Position numbers and translations under genes: made by a program. Shown one piece after another: positions 1 through 12,414 of a stretch of 64,000 bases of DNA. Within the stretch, counting starts at the first letter, position 1. Every line of letters begins with the position of its first letter. Source of the stretch: Felis catus (lineage: Eukaryota); assembly GCF_018350175.1 (NCBI RefSeq), contig NC_058368.1:36954001-37018000 (forward strand), in the 5' to 3' direction. The notes beneath the pieces are model-generated. The model ran no database searches. It was not told where the DNA came from and worked only from the letters and a program-made list of their open reading frames with translations.

Positions 1-221
1 AACCAGAGTTCAAAACCCTGTAATTTACCTGTATTTACCCTGTAAATATCCTCCCTTCACTGCCAGTTTCTGATACTACCAAGACTCTCTCAAGGAAGTA
101 TTTTCCTTTGGTGCTATAATGAGTAAACTCAGCTTTGTGTGGTTGACAGCTTATTTTAGTGGTCAGTTGAAATAGAAATCTCTTGTCTGTCAGGTACGTT
201 ACAAATATTTTCTCCTAGATG

Positions 222-405
222 AAGGATTGGCAACATTTTAGGGGTTGTGGGCTGTATGAGCCTGGTGGCAATACTCAAGTCTGCTCTTGTAGTAGGACAG
301 CAGCCATAGATAATATGTAAATGAGTCGGTGCTGCCGCCTTCCAGTAAAGCTGTATTTACACAAATCAGCAGCCATTTCATGGGCTATAGCTTGCCAAAT
401 GGTCC
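222..405 (+). mobile_element. MER58A-like hAT-Charlie MITE
   Basis: Motifs 'gcagccatagataatatgtaaatg', 'ttccagtaaagctgtatttacacaaa' and terminal 'tagcttgccaa' follow the MER58A consensus as I recall it. Confidence 0.75.
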
Positions 406-409
406 TTGA

Positions 410-2520
410 ATAGTATTTGTCTTTTAACTTTATTTATGGTACATTTTAACATATAGTTGTTTAAAATTTTATCAAATCTCATTTTTTTTTTGTTATTCCT
501 AGGCTTTGTATCTTTCCTTTTATAAGATTGTACAAATATTTTTCTATAGCTTTTCCAGTATTTTATACATGTTTTACATTGAAATTTTTGGTATGCTATA
601 ATTTACTTGAGTGCATGATGTGAAGTAGAGCTCTCTACTTTCTTTTTTTCCCAAATGATCCAATACTGTTTATTAATTACATGGCCTCACCTTGATTTGA
701 AATTTCATCTTTTTATAGAATATATTCTCCTAATATGTAGATTTATTTCCAAAATCACTGTTTTATTTCATTATCTATTTTTTCCATTCCCAGCTAATAA
801 AATACTCTTTTATTTACTTGAGTTTCATGAAAAATTTTACTTCTGGCAGAAAAGACTGTTACTGTTTTCACTTATCTTGAAGGATTATTTTTCATTATTT
901 GTGAGTTTTCTTTGCTTTTGTAGGTTTTTTTCCTTCTCATTATATATTCTGTTGTCGGTTTATTCTTTTGTGTATAGGAAACTATTAAACTTTTCCTGTC
1001 AAATTTTTGTCTTACTAACATACTAAACAATGTTACTAGTTATAATAGTTTTCCAGATGATTCTTGTGGATTTTATAGCAGAACAATCATAACATAGACA
1101 AATAGTGACACAATTTAATCTTTATTTCCGGTGTTTATTTCTCATTTTTGTTCTTCCTGCATTGGCTAGGAGTGACAATAGAGTGTTGGGTAGTAGTAAT
1201 AGTAGCAGGCATTTTTTTTTCTTGTTCATGTTTAAAATTAGTTTTTTGTCATTTGAAATAAGCCAAGCAACACTTTTCTGTCTCAAAAATATCCTGGTCA
1301 CTCTTCTATATATACCACGTAAGTTTTAGTTTTTGTTAAATGCCTCTTAAATTTTCTCTAAATTATTTTGATGAGAATTATGGTCTTAAAATATTCTATG
1401 CTTCTATTCAGGAATAGTATTTCCCTATTCTTTTTTATGTTTCTGATTAATTTTTTTTGTTAAAGTTACTGCAAATCGTTTTACATGTTATTATGGTGTT
1501 ATTATTTTGTGACTGATTTTTAAAATGTGTTCTAGTGGACTATTTGAGGTCTATGAAAGATGTACTGATTCCTATATTTAAAAAAAAGTAAACATAATAA
1601 ACTCTCATATGTTTTATCAGTTATTTAATCATTTTGTGGGATTTTTTTTAAATTTTTTTTTCAACTTTTATTTATTTTTGGGACAGAGAGAGACAGAGCA
1701 TGAACGGGGGAGGGGCAGAGAGAGAGGGAGACACAGAATCGGAAACAGGCTCCAGGCTCTGAGCCATCAGCCCAGAGCCCGACGCGGGGCTCAAACTCAC
1801 GGACCGCGAGATCGTGACCTGGCTGAAGTCGGATGCTTAGCCGACTGCGCCACCCAGGTGCCCCTGTGGGATTTTTTTTAAGTTAACAATAGCATCATGT
1901 ACAAATAATGAGAGTTTTGTCTTCTTTTTGGATAATTACAACTTCTACCACATTTCCCCCTTTTTTATATATTGCTTTGGCTAGAGTATTTTTAGTCTTA
2001 GTGGTGTGATAGCAACCTTGCTTTGTTCCATTTGTTATAACTACTTTAATATTTATTTGTTAAGACTACAGTTGGATTTCGGCCAGATATGCATCATAAT
2101 TTTAAAGATTTTTTTCCCTTTTTTAATCCTCTTAAGGATTTAAAAAATAACCAGGATTGATATTAAAGCTTAACACTTTATTGAAATATGTATTTATTTA
2201 ATAACATTTATTGAGATAATTATATGTTTTTAAACTTTTGAAATATCGATAATGTGTTCTCTGAATTGATTTCCTAATTTTGAGGCACATATCTATATTT
2301 TTAAATCTCTTCTATTGGATTATGGTGTGCTATCTACTTAGTACATTTTCAGATTAGAGTTGTATGATATTTTGTAAGGCGTTCATGTCTGTATTTTTTA
2401 ATGAAATTACTCCACTATCTTCTTTCTTGTGCTATATTTGTAAAGTTTGGGTATCAAAGCTGTGTTAATTTTATTTGGGAAGTTTCCCATCTTTTATTGA
2501 GCAAAATGACTTTAGTATGT
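410..2520 (-). mobile_element. Old, highly degraded L1 (L1M-type) ORF2 fragments
   Basis: T-rich antisense L1 ORF2 phrases such as 'catgatgtgaagtag', 'gtgtataggaaactatt', 'acaatcataacatagacaaatagtga' and 'ttgggtatcaaagct'; interrupted by a SINE. Confidence 0.6.
1652..1864 (-). mobile_element. Can-SINE, young felid subfamily (SINEC_Fc-like)
   Basis: tRNA-derived head, (CT)n linker and A-tail; TSD tgtgggattttttttaa at 1635-1651 and 1865-1881. Confidence 0.97.
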
Positions 2521-3329
2521 TATTTGTAGATTCTGTCTCTGAGTAACATGTATATATTCGAGGTAGCTTGTTTGGTTTGTACTTTTTCCCCTGAGGCTAA
2601 ATATCAATTTTTTAGGTACTGAAATTTAAAATCCATTTGGTTTGGAGAATTCCCAAAAGATTAGCATTTTGCCTAGAATTTAAAAAAAAATAATTTTAGG
2701 CCTTGAGAAAGAACTGCCATATCTCCTTAGAGTGTAATTTCAGTGTTTAGGAGTCAGGTGAAACATGGCATATTCACTGAAATATCTTTCATAAGCCAGT
2801 GGGAATCCTCAGTTTACATGAATGCTTACACAGGTGTTAAGTTGGTTCTGTCATTTAACTTAAGCCACTTTAAAACATCGATATTTAGATTCAGTTCAGA
2901 GATACAGGGCTTGTGTCCCATTTGGAATTGTCATTCCCTATTTTCTTAGAAGATCTGAATGTACCCATACATGTGTTATGTGAATGTGTTTGGATCCATC
3001 TACCCTTGTGGTTAAATTATGTTTTGGGAGGTACATTTCAAACCTGCAAACCTAGGTTATCTCATGAGAAAAAAATCAAATTATTAACTGTTAGATAATA
3101 TTGTGCGATATGTTATAGATAAGAGAATTAAATTTATAGCATTAAAGTTTCACTATACATGTATAAAATTATTAAAGAAATATTAGAAGAAAATAATATT
3201 AAAGAACCTAACCAATTTTTCCCTATTACAAATTCTATGTATGTAAGAAATAATGAGAACTTCGTTACTAAAGGACAAAGTTTGGATACCATCAGACTTA
3301 CAAAAGAAACTTTATTTGCAATTTTAAAG

Positions 3330-3391
3330 GTTCACCTGTCAGTATTTGAAAAACAACTACAATATTGTTGCAATGCAAAATGCTTTGAAGA
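3330..3391 (+). other. Candidate 62-nt internal exon of an unidentified gene
   Basis: Acceptor 'tttatttgcaattttaaag|G' and donor 'GA|gtaagt' in non-repetitive sequence; two open frames; peptide not recognised. Confidence 0.25.
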
Positions 3392-4415
3392 GTAAGTATC
3401 TCAGTATAGTTCTGTTGCTTCTTTTACTTTGTTGTGGTTCCTGAAAAGAAACCAGCAGGAGTTCATCCTGGTCTTAGATTGTTAGATATGAAATTTTGCC
3501 ACAGAATTGTTGATCTCCAGTATGTATTGTTGGATATGTGCTAGTCATTGAAAATGATTTCAGAATAAAATAGACTTTTCCTTGAAGGCGTTAGGAGTCT
3601 CTGTTTCAGTGCCAATTCCCATTCTTCCCTAGAATGATTGCCAAGGTATAAATAGCTGAAAAAAAAAAAAGAAGAATTGGGTGCTAAGTACTTCACTACA
3701 CAATAACTCTATCATCACTTTACAGTAACAACTGACAAATGATCCATTACTGTCAGAGGAAAGGTTTTTAAGTCATTTCTTGACTACATCTATTGAGGAT
3801 TTTGAAGGCAATCAGTAGAGATACATTTTTTCTAGTGTGTTTATTCCTTAATCTATAGTCTTTAAGGATGTGCCAATTATAATTTATCCACTACCTATTA
3901 TGAAACCCGGATAACAAGATAATGCAAGTAATTAACAAGGTTTGTACACTACATAAAGGTACTGTGTTGCCTGACATGTTTAAGCTACTAGAGTGAAGTT
4001 ACACTGATAACATTCTATTTCTGTTTCATCCCTGAGGACAATAACTATTCCTTCCTAATCCTGTTTAGATAAGGGTGAAATTCATGGGTTAGTTCTCCAA
4101 AGATCAAGAGTTTAGGTTTTCACATAGCAAAGAGCTTTGTGAGGAGAACATCTCCATTTGTCTGCCAAATCTTTTTCTTATTTCCCCAACCCCCCTTTTT
4201 TCCCCAGTACAATTGCCTTGTATTTCCATTCATCAATCCAACCAGAGTAGAATTAATAACATTTCCTTTCTATTATTCAGTGTTTGAAATAAAACAAGAT
4301 AGACTTTGTACCTTATAGACCTTGTAGGACCATAAATGAATGCTTCCATGTTCTCTCTTTGATGAATCTGAATCTGGAATAGATATTCATTTAATTTAAG
4401 GAACAACTAGTTTTT

Positions 4416-4616
4416 TTTTTTTAACGTTTATTTTTGAGACATAGAGAGACAGAGCACGAACAGGGGAGGGTCAGAGAGAGGGAGACACAGAATCTGAAAC
4501 AGGCTCCAGGCTCTGAGCTGTCAGCACAGAGCCTGACGCGGGGCTCGAACTCACGGACGTGAGATCATGACCTGAGCCGGTCGGCCGCTTAACCGACTGA
4601 GCCACCCAGGCGCACC
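4416..4616 (-). mobile_element. Can-SINE (felid)
   Basis: Full SINE body; TSD aggaacaactagttttt at 4399-4415 and 4617-4633. Confidence 0.96.
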
Positions 4617-6174
4617 AGGAACAACTAGTTTTTAAAGATGAAGAGAAGAAATACAAAATTTCCTTTGAATAAACAGAATTTAGGCTGTCACATAGTCTTT
4701 AAGATAACTCTACGCTTCAGTATAACTAGAACGAGGAGCAATATTCAGAGTAAGTTGGGGTGTGAAGTGAACTTGAGTGTGTTGTAGCCAGTGAGTAGGA
4801 GCAATGGTTCCCCTTGGTGTAGGTTTAATGTCCTTTTCCTGTGAGCCTAATATAACATCAATTGTGGATTTGTTTTGTCTTCCTTTTCACATTACTTGAA
4901 TAAAAACACAAAACCATGAAAGACAGCTTGCTAATGAGTTCTTCATCCTCTTAGCTTCTCTTAGATTCTGATTATTGAAAATGAATGGTGCCCCACAGTA
5001 CACTTCTTCTCTCACCAGTGTGTCCTCAAATAGGGAGGGGAAAAATGATATATTTTTTTACATTAGAAAATAAAATAAACTTCAGTACTTAAAATGAAAG
5101 TGATTTACATCTTTACCACTTTAGAATTACTGTATATATTCAATTTCAGCATTTTTTTCACTAAGCCTTCTTCCTTTTTAATTTTTATGGAGGTTTTGAC
5201 TTTGCTTTACTAGATTTTGTACTTAAATAATGTAGGCTTCCCTCCATTCATAGATTTAATACAGGCTTATGAGGTCAATATTTTAACCTTGGTAACATTG
5301 CTTAATTCTTCTTGACTATTTTAAAGTCAACATACTTCCTTTTTCCTTTCCAGGTAAATAAAATTAGTAATGTTTAGACTTTTTGACAATACATCACTTG
5401 AATGAACTCAACATGTGCTTTTAAGAAAAAAGTCACCTTGTGAAAACTTGTTTATAAATAGAATTAATGTTAGTTTCTAGGATTTTCAAAAGTTTCTTTA
5501 TTCATATTCAAAGCTGGCTCAATCCTCAGTTGCTGTTTGCTTATGAACTTGATGCAGTGGTTTCAATATGATTTGACAAAAATCAAGAAAGATTTGGTTG
5601 AGTTTTACAAAAGCATGCAGCATGAATTTTGTTCTGTTTATTACTGCTTATTTAAAAGAGCTGATACATATGAACAAAGACACTAGTTTTCTTGATTTGA
5701 AGATCAGAAAGAAACAATTTCTCAAATTAGAATCAGAGCCAAGATTTATCTGTTGAGTAAACTCAAACCTACTTTACAAATCTTGGTCCATGAAATAAGG
5801 AGTCTTTCATTACTTGATATAATAAATGTTAACAATATATCAATAGCATAAACTGTTAAAAAATTACTACTGTTAATTTCTGTTTACGAATATTTGCTCT
5901 TTCCAAAGATAAATTATTATACATAAATGCCTATACACAACCATGAAACACAGGTATATTATATTATTACTTTCATATTAGTATTGTAAGTCCGTGATCT
6001 TACATTTCAGTTCATTGCTATGCATGGGAACTCCTCTGTGCAGGAGGACTCTGAAATCAACATTAGAATGGAACTAAAATTGTCAAATTCCAATGGGATA
6101 AGGCGCGTTGAGGTAGAGAATAAAATGAGGATGACACAGAGGATCTGATAGGGCCAGTATTTTCATTCCTGTGT

Positions 6175-6718
6175 AGTCAGTTAAAGGGAGTAAATAGGTG
6201 GTTCAGGGATGAGAGTAGCAACTGACCAAAAATATCTTACCATTCCCCTCAGCTTGGCTGAACTTTGACAGACCGCTGACCTCCTTTTTCTTAGAACACT
6301 TACTTTAGAAAATTTGTGATGGTAAATTCTTTTTCTGGCCATTTTATATGCAAATATTCTTGAAAGACACACTAGTTTTACAACCCAGGAATGTCTTTCT
6401 CGGGGACCTGGGAGCCATCTCTTTGAAGTGTAATCATCAAGGTGGTTAAGTGCCCCTCTCTCTCAGTCTGACTTCATTGGGAGCCAGTTAGAAAACCCTG
6501 ATGGCCAAAACACAGAGAAAACCATTTGCAAACTGATGAATAACTCAATGTGCTCAACACATCTCATTGATGAACTCCCCCTACCCCACCCGACCCCCAG
6601 CATTCTTCAGTACTTTTCCACTAGCTACTCCAGCACTTAAGATCCTTCTCACCTTTTGTGTTAATGGAGTTAAGCATAGTCTGAGTTCTGGTCTCTTTTC
6701 TCTATGGACTGTAGCCTT
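6175..6718 (+). mobile_element. MER34/MER39-like ERV1 solo LTR
   Basis: 'cccaggaatgtctttctc...ggacctgggagccatctctttgaa' and 'cccctcagcttggctgaactttgacag' resemble MER34-family LTR motifs. Confidence 0.65.
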
Positions 6719-7088
6719 GTGTCTTACTGAGCTCATGCCACTGTAACAAAATGCCATAGACTGGGTGGCTTACACAGTAGGAGTTTATTTTTCATGGTTT
6801 TGGAGACCAGGGTGTTAACATGGTCCAGTTTGCATGAGGGATCTTGTCCTGGCTTGCAGATGGTTACCTTCTCACTGTGTCCTTCATGACCAGGGGCAGG
6901 GGTGGGGAGGTGGGACGGGAGAGGTCAAGAAGGCTCTCTGATGTTTCTTTTTTTGAAGGGCATTGGTCTCATCATTAGGGCCCCACTCTCATGACCTCAT
7001 CTAAACTTAATTACTTCCCAAAGAACCCATCTCTAAATACCATCATATTGGGGGTTAGAGCTTCGACATAGAAATTTGGGGGAAGACT
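6719..7088 (-). mobile_element. MLT1A-like MaLR solo LTR
   Basis: 'taacaaaatgccatagactgggtggctta', 'ggcttgcagatgg..ccttctcactgtgtcct', 'ctcatgacctcatctaa' and 'ccatcatattgggggttag'. Confidence 0.85.
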
Positions 7089-7519
7089 TTTGTCAGTGCA
7101 ATTTTTGCTTTGATACAACCCACTGGCAGCAGAGAATGATTTCATAGATGAAAATAGCCTTTTATTCCCTGTTCTTGGTGTCACATTGGGTTGGGGATAG
7201 GCAAAGGAAAGGATGTACTATGCTTTTCTCAGGCATTTTATATTTCCCATAGGTAATGCAAATTTTAAGTAAAATTATGAAAAGGAAATTTTTCTTTGGT
7301 GCCTATCCATCTCTCCTCTTTCATTCTACCCATCTCTTGTATTTGGTGTAGGGGGAGGGACGAGAAAAGTCAGGGAAGGTGTCCTGGAAATAATGACATT
7401 TGAATATAATAATAGTGGGAGAACAAGATACATTATGTGGGCAGCAGTTAGGAGAAAAGCAACAGCTAATATAAGGAAGACGGGTGAGCTAATAATGATA
7501 ACAGCAATAACAAAGTTAG

Positions 7520-7775
7520 TTATAACATTTATTTAATTTCTGCTATGTGCCAGGCTCCGTTCTAAACACTTAATGTGCATTAATTCATTTAATCGTTATA
7601 GCAACCCCATGAGGTACATACTATAATTATTCCCATTTTGGACATAAAGAAATTAAAATGAAGGGAGTTAACAAATTTGCTCAAGGCCATAAAGCTAACA
7701 AATGATAGAGCTGGGATTTAAATCCAGGCATTATTGTCCCAGTACCCATGCATTTAACCTCAAAACAGCACTATC
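7520..7775 (-). mobile_element. MIR SINE
   Basis: 'tatgtgccagg', 'aaccccatgaggta', 'cccattttggaca', 'tgctcaaggcca' and 'gagctgggatttaaatccagg'. Confidence 0.85.
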
Positions 7776-7935
7776 ACTGACTATATGTTATTACTCTAGA
7801 GATAAGTGTACTTTAATCAGGTAAATGGCCTCTGATGGTGGCATTTTGACCATGAGTTCAAGCTAATGAGGAAAAGGTATTGTTAAAGGGGCAGTGGGGT
7901 TGGATCAGTCTTTCAAAAACACTTTTTAAATTGAA

Positions 7936-8130
7936 GGGGTACGTGGGTGGCTGAGTCGGTTAAGAATCTGATTTCTGATTTGGGCTCAGGTCATGATCTC
8001 ACAATTCATGAGTTCCAGTCCTGCGGTGGGCTCTGTGCTGATAGCACGAAGCCTGCGTGGGATTCTCTCTCTTCCTCTCTGCTCCTCCCTAACTCGTGAT
8101 CTATCTCTCAAAATAAAGAAACTTTAAAAA
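7936..8130 (+). mobile_element. Can-SINE, older subfamily
   Basis: 'gggg..tgggtggctgagtcggttaag', 'ggctcaggtcatgatctc', CT tract and aaataaa tail. Confidence 0.92.
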
Positions 8131-9628
8131 GAGGTGGGGGGAAGCTTCTTAAATTGTAGAATATTATAACTACCTGTTAGTTTTGAAGGAAACATCAGTG
8201 CTGAAAACAAAGTTAATAATAAAATATATACCATATATATATATATATATAGTGTTTTATAGCTACAAAATGCTTTAACCTGTGTATTTTCCTTAAAATT
8301 TTATCAATGACTGTAAAGTAAGATTGAAGAAGTTACTATAACTTTTGAGGAAGTAGTACAGCTTTTCAAAGATGACAGCTGATTAGGGGGCAAGATTCAA
8401 TATTCAAATATAGACTGCCTGATGCCTGATTCCTTAAACTTTTCACTAAGTTCAACAACGACTGGGTATAAAAGTGATTTCAAAACTGAGATTTGAAAGT
8501 TGGAAAAAAGCTGTTAAAGATACACAAGTATATTACACCTGATATCTTTGAAAACAATTATTACTATTGACTGTAAGACCTGTAATTGGGAGTCATTGAA
8601 GTATTTTTGGAGAAAACTCTAGTCATCAAATTACTTTTAGACAATTGAGAAAAAAACACAAGTGTAATTGCTAATCAAAGGATACTCTGGGGAAAGACCC
8701 AGCCACTTACAATTTAATTAGGGACAGTCAGCATGAAATCAGAGAAAAGAGATCATAGCCAAATTTTGAAGAAAACACACTTAAGAGGTAAGAAAGTAGT
8801 CATGAACTGGCTCCTATAATTTCAAAGCTCCCTGGAGACTGCTGGCTGAACTGATATCCTTTGATACTGATGAATTCTTTTCTAGTTAAAATTCTGTTTC
8901 TTTCTTTGAAAATTTAGAGATTAGAAATATCTAAATTGAAACATTCAATTATAGGAAGCAAATTATAATGGGTGGGCTTTATGATTGCTGTACTAGAAAT
9001 ATGAGACTAGAAGGCAGAATTAAATATTTAGCTAAGGTGAGAGAACTCCATAGCTGAGAAATGTGATGCAGAAGAAACACTTTTTTCTCCACTTTGCATA
9101 TTAAAGACCTGAAGGAAAGAATGTGCTATTTATTGATAAAGTGTTTGGGGCAAAGTAGTTAAACTCACAACAGGTAACCCAAAGTACTTTTGAAAAGGTC
9201 ATGGCTGAGAACATTTTGGATTTTGAAAAGGTATGCAAGTTGACAAAATGCAGATTAGTGACAGGAAAAGAAGGATTTGTAAACTTTATGAGATCACATT
9301 TGAGGAAAATTGTATAAATATTTAAGAAAAAGCAAATGCAACATTTTCACAGCTTGTGGAATCTTTTAGTATTCTGATTCTTATCCAGTTAAACCATAGA
9401 GTGTGAAAATAATAAAATACACAGAAATATACACAGCAAGACAGTGATGATCTGTCTCTTTCCCTTTATTTTTCTGTCTCATAGTCTCCCTTGCTTTCCC
9501 ACTTGATTTTCCCAAGTCTGTCAGAATGAAGACAACCTCAGGTAATCTTTCTTAGAACAGAAATAAAAGGGGCTTTGGTGTGTTCACTGCCAGAGAGGGA
9601 TAAGGGGCTTTGAGAAAATTATGTAAGT

Positions 9629-9630
<2 letters not shown>

Positions 9631-9675
<45 letters not shown>

Positions 9676-9705
9676 CACGGTGTGGGAGAGAGAGAGAGAG
9701 AGAGA
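9631..9705. repeat. Compound (TG)n/(AG)n microsatellite
   Basis: Directly visible. Confidence 0.95.
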
Positions 9706-9755
9706 TTTTATCTTATACACATACTCATCCCTCCCCTCTCTCCTTTACAGTAAAG

Positions 9756-9905
9756 CAGTGGTCCTCAACTGTGGCTTCATGAAAATGAGCAGGGGAACTT
9801 AAAACATTCCCAGTCTGTGCTCTAGGCCAGTTGCATCAGGAGCTGTACAGGTAGAAATCAAGCATCCCATCATTCCAGTGAGCAGCTAATTTTGAGATAC
9901 ATCCT
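9756..9905. mobile_element. MER5-like hAT MITE, degraded
   Basis: Starts 'cagtggtcctcaact' and ends 'ttttgagatacatc', resembling the terminal inverted repeats. Confidence 0.5.
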
Positions 9906-11261
9906 ACAAAGTAGCCAAATGTGGTGATTGTCTGTCCCTCCCTGCTTTAAGAAAATTCTGGGAATTTTAAGAAAATTCTGGGAAAACATTGGGGGTGTGG
10001 TTAACCCACTTTACATCTTTATAATCTTTTGATAAGTAGCAGTAAAGAAAACCCTTGCATTTATTCTTCTGTGTGGCTATTGTAAACCTATTGTCTCCCC
10101 TCTAGGAAAATCTCCAGTGGTAAAATAACAACTGTATATTGACTTAAATACTAATTACACCAGTTGTCTGCTTTTAAAAACTCTTTTGCTTATATAATTG
10201 AATACACGAAGCTTATCACATTGCACTTCTGTAGCTTTCTTTATCAGCAAAATTGTTTCTAGTCCCATGTTTTTGCTTTAAGGTTTCATTTATAATCCAA
10301 CCTTCATCTCTCCCCATTAAAGCCCAGAATTCTTGTCTTTCTCCTTAATGTTTGGCTGAGTATATGTTTTGTGTGTCATTACTTTAGCCAGTGATCACAG
10401 AAGAATGTAATGAGTAGGTAAACACAATGCTTTTTTTTTTAAATAAATGTTGACAAAACTAATAGATAGTTGTTATAATATTTGTATACATTTTTAAATT
10501 TTCATTAGCGGTTTTAAAACCATGGTATATCTACATCCTGTCATGTTACATGTGTGCTATCTCTTTTAATGTTAATATGGAGCATAAAGGCATTTATAAG
10601 TAAAATGTATGCTTCTCAGTTGTTTATTTCTTTGAAGAATTTAATGTGTTTTGAGTATTTACTTATCTAGCAAAAGTTTGATAACATGAAGTATAAAAAT
10701 TGCTGAATCAGCTATAAGAATTGGGAGAATCAGTGAAGAACATTCAAGTAAATTGAGAGGAAAGAGGAAATAGATTTTAACACCATGATTGAACACAGGA
10801 CAAGATAGAGGATCCTAGAAAGGAGAAAAATGGTTAGAAATGGAAAAAAGAATGAAATATCTTAGTACTCATCAAATAGCAGTATAGTAAATGAACAGTC
10901 AACCAGCTACAATGAATTTGGAAATGCATGACCTAAGAAATATACTTTACAATTGCTAGCACTGTAACTAAAATAACGTATTAATAGAAACTATTAATAT
11001 ATGCTAGAATGAAAGGTATCTCATCAGGTAGAGCTTACTTTGTATGAATTCATTCCTCTGTACTTATCTTTTCTACAAGAGTTACTGAGTTTGTGATGTG
11101 AGGTTGTTGCTATTATTTCTGTTCTGAAACAGACACCATCTTGCTTTTTAATTCTTTATTATAGCTATTTTCTATCCTCCTTACTTCTGCTAGTCACTTG
11201 TTGCTTATCCCTTGTGGTCTTTTTCCTTCTCTTTGGGTGAAGCTTAAACATGTTACATTTT

Positions 11262-11485
11262 GGGGCGCCTGGGTGGCGCAGTCGGTTAAGCGTCCGACTT
11301 CAGCCAGGTCACGATCTCGCGGTCCGTGAGTTCCAGCCCCGCGTCGGGCTCTGGGCTGATGGCTCAGAGCCTGGAGCCTGTTTCCGATTCTGTGTCTCCC
11401 TCTCTCTCTGCCCCTCCCCCGTTCATGCTCTGTCTCTCTCTGTCCCAAAAATAAATAAACGTTGAAAAAAAAATTAAAAAAAAAA
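11262..11485 (+). mobile_element. Can-SINE, young felid subfamily
   Basis: Near-consensus with CpGs intact; flanked by aaacatgttaca on both sides. Confidence 0.97.
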
Positions 11486-11970
11486 AACATGTTACAAATT
11501 TTGTTTCAAATTGTGGCATTTGACTGGAGTTCCAAATTCTTGAATGGTTTCTGGTGGGAAGTGTCCAACTAGAGAGTTCGCCTCTTTTTATATGAAAACC
11601 TCTGCTGTTCTAGATATTCCCCTGTTGGTTACAGGATGATATTGACTTTGAGAAAAAATCAAATTAACAGTCACTGGGTATTCATTATATGCTACGCAGA
11701 GGTACTGCTATATATGGGGGTAAGGGAGAAGGTTATAGGTAGAGGGAGCTACACATGGGGTTGTAGCTAGTTTTAGCCTACCACCAAATCATAGAGCATT
11801 CAGTACTGTTTGCACATTTTCCCCACAATTAATTATTTTGTTTTGCTTTGTTTTATAACCTTGGTTTTATTTAAGCTGTACATTTGTGTCAGCTGTATAG
11901 TTGTATAAGAACTATACACATAGGGGTCTTATATCTACTTATAAGTCTGCATGTACTCAAGTAACATTTT

Positions 11971-12097
11971 GAGGTGCCTGGTGGCTCACTTGGTTAAGCA
12001 TCCAGCTCTTGGCTTTGGCTTAGGTCAGGCTCTTATGGTTTGTGAGATTGAGCCCAGTGTGGGGCTCCGTGCTGGCAGTGAGGAGCCTACTTGGGAT

Positions 12098-12143
<46 letters not shown>

Positions 12144-12198
12144 CCTTCCTGCTTGCATGTTTGCTTGCACTCTCTCAAAAATAAATAAACATTTAAAA
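11971..12198 (+). mobile_element. Can-SINE, older subfamily
   Basis: Diverged head, long (CT)n and aaataaataaac tail. Confidence 0.92.
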
Positions 12199-12414
12199 AA
12201 CTTATTTATTTGAGAGAGAGAGGGTGGGGGAGAGAGAGAGAGAGAGAGAGAACGAGCGGGGGAGGGCAGAGAGAGAGGGAGATACAGAATCTGAAGAAGG
12301 TTCCAGGCTCTGAGCTGTCAGTGCAGAGCTTGATGTGGGGCTCCAAATCATGAACTGCAAGATCAAGACCTGAGCCGAAGTCAGACTCAACTGACTGAAC
12401 CACCCAGGCGCCCG
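12199..12414 (-). mobile_element. Can-SINE inserted in the tail of the preceding SINE
   Basis: Antisense SINE body flanked by aacatttaaaa at 12188-12198 and 12415-12425. Confidence 0.92.

Noticed and set aside
655..1329. Hydrophobic Phe/Leu-rich ORFs resembling membrane proteins
   Set aside because: Artefact of T-rich antisense L1 sequence.
1609..1881. ORFs with 'GQRETEHERGRGRERGRHRIGNRLQALSHQP' recurring at 1609, 11194 and 42589
   Set aside because: These are antisense translations of Can-SINEs, not a protein family.
9946..9984. Short tandem duplications (tttaagaaaattctgggaa x2; also ttcttaaatagaaaac x2 near 55476-55512)
   Set aside because: Common slippage duplications with no sign of function.
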